A DNA stretch of 64,000 bases. It comes from Eledone cirrhosa. Taxonomy: Eukaryota. Positions 8,125 to 18,535 of this stretch are shown here, piece after piece. The notes beneath the pieces are model-generated. The model was not told the DNA's origin and made no database searches. It saw only the letters and a list, made by a program, of their open reading frames with translations. The stretch lies in contig OZ024743.1 of assembly GCA_964016885.1 (NCBI GenBank), positions 208,134,001-208,198,000 of the forward strand, written 5' to 3'. The translations under genes were made by a program, and so were the position numbers. How positions within the stretch are numbered: position 1 is the stretch's first letter; every line of letters begins with the position of its first letter.

Positions 8125-10615
8125 TGTAGTGACCTACATTCCGCGGGCTCACATACATTCTCTGTGCGTGATTTGGCTCAGTTCAGCCAATCAGCGCCAG
8201 TAGAAGAGGATGTATCCCTACGCGCTCTGAGGAAGAAATTCCCCGCGAAGAGTTGAAGAATCTCTAGCTTGTACTAGAAACTTCAAGCCAGCAACACGCA
8301 TAATGTAACAGTGAGATATTGCACCACTAGCCTTGCCGGCTTAACGGCGCAATGGCACATTCCCTAATGTAACCTCTTTGTATCTGTAACTTCAACCATA
8401 TAAATAAACAAACATTTCATCTCTAATTACTGCGGTTGAAGTCGTTGTTATGTTACTCGTGTCTCAATAACATCTTTAATCCATGCTGCTGGAATTGGCG
8501 ACCTGACGAAAGGAATATTGTGAATAGATGGTAAATAGATCGAGGGACCTTCCCTCACGTCTATGTCAACAAGATAATCCAACGAGGATACTATCACTTA
8601 CCACACTGGCAACTAACGACCACTGATTCTACCACCCTGCTAAAGTGGCGATAACATCTATAACCAATACTGCTAAAGTAGTGACCCCGACATGTCATGG
8701 CTACGCTTGACAACAGCAATGACAGCAGCAGCGACAGCGTTGTTTAACCACTGACCAATACAATCGGAAATTTCAAAACGGCTTGTAATTTTACCGACGC
8801 AACCACCATACCTTCTGTCTCGTTACCACAGGGACGCGAGAAATTGAGACAGTAGTTTTCTCACCATTATGGCGTCAGACGTGACTGCCATATTTGGTGA
8901 CTCCTACTCTACAGAAGATTCTTTGACTTTGCTTTAACAAGAAGCAACACAACCGTGTGGCGGGACGGGAAAATGGCCACGAAATCTCACAAAAACACCA
9001 TACATCTAACCCCTAACGACATTAACAAACTTCTTTTTCAGTTTTCGGACAGAACTAGTGTCTGTACACTGGTGATGTGTGAACTATTTGACTTTGAAAA
9101 ACTTTGAACTTATTGAGCAATTTCTCTGCTCCCCTAGATTGACTTTGAATTATCAGTTTGTTACATTCACATATTTCTTTGTAGAATGCATTTACTTGTT
9201 TTGTGCTCTTTTGCTATTTGCTTGCTCATGGTTTTTGTTCATTCACATTCTTTGCTGTTTTACATGCCTGCATATGCACACATTTTTTTTATCACACACC
9301 AACATGTTGTTCTTGGTATATGTTCTTCAAACGTAATATTCTGCGAGTCCCTTTTCACCTGGTTGAGATGCTGTCACATGCTAGCAGCTCACAGAGCTTA
9401 ATCCACTGGATTCAAACAGTCACCGCAACACGAGAATACTAATGGCAGCTGAACTCAAACAGCTTCGCATCTCATTGCACACTGATCGTCCATGACGGCC
9501 ATCCGTATTGTTGTTTTTGCCCGACTCGCTGGGAAAGCAACAAATTGAACTGGACTTGTCAACATTTCGGCCACTTCTGTGGATTCGCCCGAATTATGGA
9601 ATTTACACTGCAACCCACCTACAGATTAAACTTGCCTTTTGTTCTTTACAAAGCAACCAGCCATTTTTTCCTGGCTCCACAGCACATTCGACAATACATC
9701 TGAGGGCCATCATTTTCTCGCCAGCACTGGTAAACTACCATAATAGCTTCGTTCACAGCTACTGGTACAACGCTTACCATTAACATTTAATGCAATAACA
9801 GCAACTCCGCCCATGTCAGACTTTATCCGTTTTTTGTTAGACCTTTGGCGGTCACGTATAAACAACAAAACAACTGGTCATTTGACACAGCGGCTCAACA
9901 CGGCCCGTGGCGCCTAATTTTTTGTTCTTGCATGCAACCTTCTGCTCAATTATTTTTTCACTGATGTGCTCTTTCAGCATTTGTTCTTGCTGATTTAATA
10001 ATATGTGGGTCCTTGGTTTCTTCGTTATCGATTTTCGGCTGAAAATCTGGTTGGAGGTGATGTAGTGACCTACATTCCGCGGGCTCACATACATTCTCTG
10101 TGCGTGATTTGGCTCAGTTCAGCCAATCAGCGCCAGTAGAAGAGGATGTATCCCTACGCGCCCTGAGGAAGAAATTCCCCGCGAAGATTTGAAGAATCTC
10201 TAGCTTGTACTAGAAACTTCGAGCCAGCAACACGCATAATGTAACAGTGAGATATTGCACCACTAGCCTCGCTGGCTTAACGGCGCAATGGCACATTTCC
10301 TATTGTAACCTCTTTGTATCTGTAACTTCAACCATATAAATAAACAAACATTTCATCTCTAATTACTGCGGTTGAAGTCGTTGTTATGTTACTCGTGTCT
10401 CAATAACATCTTTAATCCATGCTGCTGGAATTGGCGACCTGACGAAAGAAATATTGTGAATAGATGGTAAATAGATCGAGGGACCTTCCCTCACGTCTAT
10501 GTCAACAAGATAATCCAACGAGGATACTATCACTTACCACACTGGCAACTAACGACCACTGATTCTACCACCCCGCTAAAGTGGCAATAACATCTATAAC
10601 CAATACTGCTAAAGT
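8125..10615 (+). mobile_element. non-autonomous LTR retrotransposon (Gypsy-like), right end truncated
   Basis: 555-bp direct repeats 8125-8679 and 10061-10615, both starting TGTAGTG, with ~10 mismatches by eye and AATAAA at ~8403. tRNA-Trp-like PBS TAGTGACCCCGACATG at 8679 and weak purine-rich GGTTGGAGGTGA before the second repeat. No intact gag/pol. Confidence 0.8.
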
Positions 10616-12077
10616 TTTACATATCAAAGCACAAATATCAAAGCACAAATAAATTGCTATGTCGTTGCTGGAAAGCCCCCCCCCCCTCCTTCTCACTGCA
10701 GGGGGCCTGGAGCAATTGCCCCCTTTGCCTCCCATTATTTTCGACCCTGGTTGGAAACAGCAGTTGGAAGCAAGAGGACTGAGAGTAAATCTAGCTAAGA
10801 CAAAAGTGTTGATGAGTAGAAAAGAGGACAAAACCCTGATTCCGTCAGGGAAATGGCCATGTTCGATATGCAGAAAAGGAACTGGCATAAATTCTATAAA
10901 ATGCACACAATGTAGGTCCTGGGTACACAAGAGATGTAGCGGGATAGCAGGCAAACTAACAGGTAGGGAGAACTATGTATGCAGTAGATGTACAAGGAAA
11001 TTAGACAGTAGAAGTCGCACTGATAGACACATTTTTCAAATGCGAGAGGGCGCTATAGAAGTGGTGGATAGCTTCCGGTACCTAGGAGATCAGATTAGCA
11101 TGGGAGGAGGGTGTTCCGAGGCCATAGTATCTAGAATAAGGACGGGTTGGAAGAAGTTTAGGGAGCTGCTTCCTCTGTTGACGAAGAAGGGTTTCTCCCT
11201 GCGTACGAAAGGCCGGTTGTATGATGCCTGTGTGAGGAGCGCGATGCTGCATGGTAGTGAGACATGGGCAGCTACCGCAGAAGATATGCGACGGCTGGAG
11301 AGAAATGAGGCAAGCATGCTCCGTTGGATGTGCAGTGTAAATGTGCGTGAACGACCCAGCATAAATGTGTTGAGAGAGAAACTGTGTCTGAGAGGGATAG
11401 AATGTAGTGTACGGGAGAGGAGACTGAGGTGGTATGGACATGTGATGCGCATGGAGGATGACCGATGGGTGAAGAAGTGCCAGGAAATGCAAGTTGAAGG
11501 AAGACGTGGTAGAGGTAGACCACGAAAAACATGGGCGGAGGTGGTGAGAACAGACCTCAGATCATTGAAGCTCACGGTGGAGATGACGAGGGACCGTGAC
11601 GAGTGGAGAGATGCTGTGCTGAATAAGACCCGTCCCACCCTTGCAAGCAGGGAAAAGCGGACGTAAAATGATGATGATGATGATGATGATGATGTTACAG
11701 ACCAAGTCAGTAGTTAATCAATGCTACTGAACTCTCAAACAGTCCAGTTGCATATCCGTTCAGTGTATTGAGTGCATTTTGTTGACACAAGTCCCAGAGA
11801 AGATGTCATTTTTTTTTACACAATTGAAGAGTTCTCTTGTCTCTTGGTTTGGCAAATTTTCTAAAGATTGATGCCCTTCCTATCACCAACCAATTTACAG
11901 AGCATACTGGCTGCAGTTTACCATGTCAGTATCATTAGAAAGGTTGTCATATTCTTGATAGAACTGAAGAGCCTCTCATTGTTTAAGCATGGTTTTTATA
12001 GCAGGATGCCCTTCCTATTACCAACCATGCTACAGCGTATTGTTGTGGCACCAGCACTAGAGAGGTTGTTATGATAT
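10611..12077. repeat. second copy of 7608-8124, interrupted by an RTE insertion
   Basis: Right half of the MITE plus the same flank. Continues into unique sequence with no LTR at the homologous point (empty site). Confidence 0.95.
10753..11693 (+). mobile_element. young 5'-truncated RTE LINE (RT C-terminal part with PHD-like finger, essentially no 3'UTR)
   Basis: Uninterrupted frame of ~300 codons: GLRVNLAKTKVL...EVVDSFRYLG...MLHGSETW...RRLRWYGHVMR...RGRPRKTW, stop at 11666, (GAT)n tail. Absent from the paralogous site 7741-7743, with GTT repeated on both sides. Confidence 0.95.
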
Positions 12078-12354
12078 AACTAAAGGGTCCTCTCAACCCT
12101 CTTTGGCATGATTAATAAGGCTGGAAACTGATCCTAACACGAACCACTTTAACCATTTTATCATGACACCAACTCTAGAGAGGCTGTTGGTTATTGACTC
12201 AAAGAGCTTTCCCTACCCTATTGGAGACGATATAATAGGGAAGCCTCCATGCCAAAAAAGAGTCAGAAAAAATATCTAAGGAGACAGTCAGGTTAATTGT
12301 GGAGGTGCATGGTTGAGTGGATAAGGTATTCAACTCCTGTGCATGTGTGCGTGT

Positions 12355-14271
12355 CATCATCATCATCATCATTGTTTAACGTCCATGTTCCATGGGTTTG
12401 GACGGGAGTTTTCCCACTTGAGGCAAGAGTGGTTGTCTTTCTCGCATAGGTCTGTCTGGCGGGTTTTCTACGGCTGGATGCCCTTCCTAACACCAACCAT
12501 GTTTACGGTGTGGACTTGGAGGTTTTTACCATGTTACCTACATGGCCACATTACAGCGTGGACTGTGTGTTTTTTTGTCGTGACACCTACATGACCTCAT
12601 TTGTTTCGGACTGGATGTTGTGGTACCAACATAACTTTACATTGAAAGGGGTGGTGTGGATGGGTGGGGGTAGTGGGACGGGGGTGTATTTTTGTTAGAG
12701 GTGCCTACTGACTGTAGTAGGTTTCACTTTGTACTTAGGTAAGGCGGGTCTTCTGTATTACTGTGTAACGCCAAAGATCTCGGTCCAGTGACATTGTCTT
12801 GGAGAGGTGTAAGTGTGTGAGGTCGGAATTTATCAGGTCGTCCCAGGTTTTTCTGGGTCTGCCTACTCCGTGGCTACCGTCTATTTTTATTGCCCTGCAC
12901 TTTTTTATACAGCTGTCGTCTTTCATGCGCATCACGTGACCGTACCAATGTAGTCTTCTCTCGAGTAAACAACATCTGATCCCTCTTATTTCTAATTTTT
13001 CCCTTAGTTTGTTTATGCTTTGCCGTTCACGTATAATACTATTACACATCTAGCGGACCATGCAAGCTTCGTTCCTCTCCAGTCTGCGTATATCCTCTGC
13101 ACACAATGCCCAGGTCTCACTGCCATGTAACATTGCTGTTCGTATGCAGGCATCATACAGTCTGCCTTTCATTTTTAGATAGAACCCTTTAGCGGCTAAG
13201 AGTGGTATAAGCTCTCTGAACTTTTTCCATCCAGTTCTGACTCTAGCTACTGTACTTTCAGAGCACCATCCCCCACTGCTGATTTTGTCACCCAGGTAAC
13301 GGAAGCTGTCCACTATTTCTATAGAACCATCTGTGCAATGGAATGAGCTAGTATTTTGTGGGCACTTGCTGCTACATATTGCCCCAGAGCACCGGCCACA
13401 TATAAAATCTATATTCTTAGTTAGCTTACCTGTGATCCCACTACATCTTTTATGCACCCATACTTTGCATTTGGGACATAAAATGGAGTTTCTGCCTACT
13501 CCTTTCCTACACACTGAGCATGGCCATTTCCCGGATGGGACCGGTGCCCTATTTTCCTTCCTACAAACTAGAACTTTAGTCTTAGACAGGTTAATTTTAA
13601 GGCCTTTTGATTCTAGGCCATGCTTCCATGTTTGGAATTTCTTCTCTAGTTCAGCCATTGATTCAGCTATGAGCGTTAGATCATCTGCGTATAAGAGTTC
13701 CCATGGGCAGCCGGTCTTGAACTCCTCTGTTATAGCCTGAAGGGCAATAATAAATAGTAGGGAGCTAAGAACGGAGCCCTGATGAACACCAACTTTTACG
13801 CTAAACTCTTCACTATATTCGTTGTTAATTCTAACCTTGCTGACTGTTTCTTTATACATGGCTTGTATAACTCTCACAAGCCATCATCAACACCTAGTTT
13901 TCTAAGAGCCCACCAGATAATGGAACGGGGGACTCTGTCAAAGGCTTTCTCCAAGTTGACAAAAGCTAAGTATAGGGGTTTACTTTTAGCTAGGTACTTC
14001 TGTAGTTGTCGTACAATGAAAAGAGCGTCTGTGGTACTTTTACCTGACACAAACCCGAACTGCATTTCATCTAGATCAATTCGCTCTCTGATTAGTTGCG
14101 CTATTACTTTTCTGTGACCTTCATGACCTGGTCAATTAATTTAATGCCTCTATAGTTACCCCTATCTAGGGCATCTCCTTTACCCTGTAACAGTTAATGA
14201 TGCTGCTGCTACGCCAGTCCTTCGGAACAACCCCATTCTGTATGACTTGGTTTACTATCCGGGTGACCATA

Positions 14272-14275
<4 letters not shown>
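12355..14275 (-). pseudogene. 5'-truncated, disabled RTE LINE reverse transcriptase with long 3'UTR
   Basis: RT motifs QFGFVSGKSTTDALF, AFVNLEKAFDRVPR, GVHQGSVLS, LLYADD, FRYLG, HGSETW, RRLHWYGHVMR. Frameshift near 13875, TAG stop at 13050-13052, (CAT)n tail at 12355-12372. Confidence 0.95.

Positions 14276-14276
<1 letters not shown>

Positions 14277-14340
<64 letters not shown>
14277..14340. repeat. (TA)n microsatellite
   Basis: About 30 TA units. Confidence 0.95.
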
Positions 14341-14494
14341 AATTACCTCAGGTTAATTGTGGAGGTGCAGGCTGAGTGGATAGAGTAATTTGACTCCCAC
14401 ATACTTTCTTTATAAATTACCAAAATGTCTCTTCCATACAGTAATTATTTTAGTTTCAACACACAGTCTCAGATCAAGTGACTTGTACAACTCC

Positions 14495-14965
14495 AAGATC
14501 AATGGGTTTCTCTATCAGACTGAGTGATAGATTGTATGATGTTTGAGTATGAAGTGCAATGGTACATGGTAGTGAAACATGGACCTTCAATGCAGAATGT
14601 TCATAGAGACTAGAAAACAATAAAGCAAGCATGTTTTGCTCGATGTATAATATTTGTGTACATGAAAGATGAAGTACAAATGAGCTGAAAGAAAAATTGA
14701 ATATATGAGGAATCAAATATAATGTGCAAGAGAGAAGACACTACTGGTACAGGCTTGTGATGTGTATGGAAGATGGCAGTTGTATAAAAATGTACTGAGC
14801 ACTGATAATGGATGAACGTTGTAGAAGAGGAATACTGAGAAAAACATGGGAAGGTGTGTTAAATAGTGGTTTCAGGATGCTGATCTTTACAAAGAAGAGG
14901 ATTACAAGGATTGACAACACGCAGTGCTGAAGAAAACTGATGTAAGGAAAAACATGTTAAAATGG
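14495..14965 (+). pseudogene. old degraded RTE LINE 3' fragment
   Basis: Translates GFSIRLSDRLYDV*V*SAMVHGSETWTFNAE..RLENNKASM..., homologous to the RTE at 11190-11650 with many stops. Confidence 0.8.
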
Positions 14966-15019
14966 TGCTTGGAGGTATAATATAACTACATTTGGATTTC
15001 TCGACCAATATCTGCTCTC

Positions 15020-15240
15020 TTAATCCTTTCATGACTGAATTTCTAATTTAATACACTATTTCAATTAATGAAGAATTTTGAGGGATTTGCTAAAATTATT
15101 AACTATTTCATTAATAAGATAGTAAGGCTCTTATAGAAAATGTTGGAAGATTTTAATTTAAATTGGAAACCTTTACAATGTGTGGTTTTATTTGATAGAA
15201 CCAGAACTGGTTTTGGCTGAGTTGGTAACAAAAGGGTTAA
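15020..15240. mobile_element. TTAA-flanked MITE (piggyBac-like)
   Basis: TTAATCCTTTCATGAC... / ...GGTAACAAAAGGGTTAA degenerate TIRs with TTAA at both ends. Confidence 0.55.
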
Positions 15241-15294
15241 GTCTCTATCTGCTCTCCATCATACTTCTGTGACACTTTATAAGTACATATGAGT

Positions 15295-15640
15295 GCAAGG
15301 AGTGGAGCTCCATTAGTCTCGACAATGTATCTTCTAGTTGTTTGATCAACAGAACAGCATGAAATTAATGTTTAAGTGGCTGTGAGTATTCCACAACCAC
15401 GTGTACCTTCAACATAATTCTCAGGGAGATTCAACACAGTGTTTAACAAAGGTGGTCCTTTCAATTGCATGTACAGTCTATCCAACAGGCTTCCAAACAG
15501 TTCCTGTCTACCCAATTTCTCTCACAATGCATGGGTCAACCTGAGGCAATGATAATTGACATTTGCCCAAGATGCCTCATGGTGGGATCAAATCGGGGAA
15601 CTGATTATTGCAAAATGAACATATTAACCATTTGACCAAG
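15295..15640 (-). mobile_element. degenerate tRNA-derived SINE (family of 1245-1530)
   Basis: Shares blocks with 1245-1530, with a tRNA-like head at the right end on the minus strand. Confidence 0.65.
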
Positions 15641-17284
15641 TTATGTCCACACAAATGCTTAAAGGACAAAAAATCAATGGTAAAATGGTGGGGAGGGTCA
15701 GCATATATTCAAGGTCTATATTTTCACGAATTTCACCAACTTCAAATTCTACATAAATAAGATGCTAAAATATCTGTGTGATTATTTCACAAGGAAACAC
15801 TTTTTTTCTACATTTACTATATTGTCATCAGTTTTATTTGAGAACATTCCCAACAAATTTTTATTATTTAAACTTTTTAACACATAAATATCCCCTACAC
15901 ATATATACATACATGCATGCACATGTGTACACATATGCACACTTGTGCCAAACAAATATGACTAAGCATTTGTCAGATGCTCTACTGACTCATCCAATTC
16001 ACTCTCTCAAAATATTAAAACACTGTAAATATTTTCTCCACTCATGAGAATTTCAAAACCATGCCATAACGTGTTGATTAGGTATCTCGATTTATAAATG
16101 GGAGTTTGAATTTTTGCCTATTTCTCAGACATGGGGTAGAATTCTATAAAGGGTAAGTAGGATGGTTTTAGTGAAGCAGTTATAGGAATATGTAGGTTCT
16201 CTGTAAAGTTAGACTTTTTATGGCTTTTTGTTTGGCTTTGGCTATTGTCTAGATACTATTGGGTCTTGAAGAATCGTTTCTTACTGCTTATTAATTTTTT
16301 ATATTCCCTTTCCCCTCCCACTTATTAAATTTTGCTAATCTATCTCTGGCGAAATTTTATTTTAAGTGGTAGCATTCCTGTGACAATTAATTTTCTTTAT
16401 ACACTAAAACATTATATATGACAAAAAAAAAGTACATTACTAGAAATCCCATACGTTATAAAATAAATAGGATGGGTTGGGGTCTCAATATGTAAACTAA
16501 ACGACTAAATCTGGTTTTGAAAAAATATCAACAGAAACAATCTAGAAAAATTACCCACATCCACCCACTCCACCCCTATTATTTGGGACCCAAGAGTATG
16601 TTGAATGTCTTATAAATTTGATGTAGCAATGGATTTTTTTAATTAGAACGGTAGGTAATGTTCAACTCCTCAGTGTATTAAATCAGGCAGTTATCTATAG
16701 AACCTAGTTTACCATCTCTTATACAACCATGTAATTACTTTGCAAGAAAATAAAACTGCCACTAAATCTTATCTTGAAGCATTAGGGACAACTTATGTTA
16801 TACTTGCTTGTGTCCTTATATTATATTATCTTGTTGCATCAGTGATGCATGAACTAACAAAATTCTTGGGAGCTAAATTTTAAATTTATTTTATTTTCAC
16901 TAAATTAATTTAAAAAAAAATACTAAAAAAAAAACAAAAAATAAATTTTTTAGCAATTTTGCATAAATAAGATTTTTTTATATATATTCTTTTTTTCCCA
17001 AACTTTTTCTTTTTACTGATTTAGTCAAAAGGAAAGGTTAGAGCTCACAATCTTCATAGGTCGTTTGACACACCTGAACAGTCCTCCCAGCCCTTTGGCA
17101 GGTTTTCTGCAGCTGGATGCTCTTTACAGAGTTTTAAAATTTAGGCATTTTTTTGTTTAATAGCAGATCTATTTATAATACATGCTGTAGGCTATGCACT
17201 ACCCTAATCTGACCCTAAAGAGATGTAAGTAGATACTGGATGGTATTGTCCCTTGCTTTATTGATCCTGCTAATCAACAACACA

Positions 17285-17630
17285 TTCATCATCATCACTG
17301 TTTAATGTCCATTTTTCCCATGTTAGCATGGGTTATATGAGTTGTCCTGTTGTGAGAAATACCAGATCAGGTGACTATGTCTTGCTCATACTGATTTTAG
17401 CTTTGTTTCTATGGCTGGATGCCCTTCCTAACACCAACCATATGTACAGGGTGCTTTTTGTCATGACACCTACACAACCACTTTACAGTGAGTACTGGGT
17501 GCTTTTTGTAATGACACCTACATAACCACTCTACAGTGAGTACTGAGTGCTTTTTGTTGTGACACCTACATGACCGCTTTATAGAGTGTGCTGAGTGCTT
17601 TTTGTTATATTACCATCATGGCCACTTTCT
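17285..17630 (-). mobile_element. RTE 3'UTR-derived fragment containing ~4 copies of a 48-bp tandem unit
   Basis: (CAT)n, GGCTGGATGCCCTTCCTAACACCAACC (as at 12472-12498), then ACCACTTTACAGTGAGTACTGGGTGCTTTTTG..TGACACCTACA repeating at 17477, 17525 and 17573. Confidence 0.75.
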
Positions 17631-18112
17631 TTTTAGAAAACAATAACAGAATGAAAATAGCAGCTGAATTTTACTTCAATCTCCAGGAGTCTCTCATTAT
17701 CAGCATTGAATTTGACCAATTACATGAAGTTTATAAATTACAACAATAAAAAGTTATAGAATTCTTTTGGAATATTCCATATATACACATGCATAATTTT
17801 TCCCAGCCAAATATGTGAAACATGAGTAACTTATATACTGGACATATCAAAACTTCAGTTCAAAATATAGTCACAAGATTACCAACAAATGTGTTTGCTT
17901 CTTGACTTTTTACAGTGCAACTGTAAGTTATAGTTGCTTTCTATTTATTCAAACTATAAATAGCAATTTACAATATACGTCACAAGTATGAAAATAATTT
18001 GAAGCAGGAATTAAAGTTGAAGTTTTCTGTGAGGCCACAAGACAGCTACATCTGTTATTAGAAAAGAAGGGAAGGAAACAGTAAAGGTATATATACTTTT
18101 AATATAGATAGA

Positions 18113-18340
18113 TGGTCCTATAACTCCTGATAGAGTTATAGGGGTGCCATATTGAATACAGCATTACTAGTGAATTTTTAAACCTGGTCTGAGTACAGCA
18201 GATTTCTTACAGATGAGAATAGAGAGTGAGAGAAAGGAAGTGAGAAAGAGATATAGAGGAATAATTGGCCCCAGTACTAAACTGGTACTTTTTTTTATCA
18301 ACCTTGAATGGATGAAAGGCAAAGTTGACCTTGACTTTCA
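18113..18340 (-). mobile_element. inverted copy of the repeat at 1581-1885
   Basis: Reverse complement aligns with 1660-1875 (compare translated ORFs 1581 and 18207). Confidence 0.75.
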
Positions 18341-18484
18341 AGGTTTGGTGGCTCCTCATAAAACAATACACACACTTACATATATATATATATATATATA
18401 TATATAACAAAGAGGGTGTAGAAAGATACTAGGTAGTAGAGTGGGTAATATGAACAAATTCAGGACCCTGACAGCTGAGCTCTG

Positions 18485-18535
18485 GCCATTTCGACAGCTA
18501 GATCCAAACAGTTTCGATCTAGCTGTCGAAACGGC
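18485..18535. repeat. 51-bp near-perfect palindrome
   Basis: GCCATTTCGACAGCTAGATCCAAAC-A-GTTTCGATCTAGCTGTCGAAACGGC; 23 of 25 arm positions pair. Confidence 0.9.

Noticed and set aside
7915-8256. ORFs 7915 and 11868 with identical N-termini suggesting paralogous genes
   Set aside because: Explained by the 517-bp duplication of RTE-UTR-derived non-coding DNA.
11082-13740. Antisense ORFs 11082, 11090, 11272 (-) and 13333 (+)
   Set aside because: Shadow frames of RTE coding sequence.
16690-16740. Minus-strand LHGCIRDG..IDNCL resembling a WSC start
   Set aside because: An in-frame stop follows, there is no YAxL motif, and the splice sites are poor.
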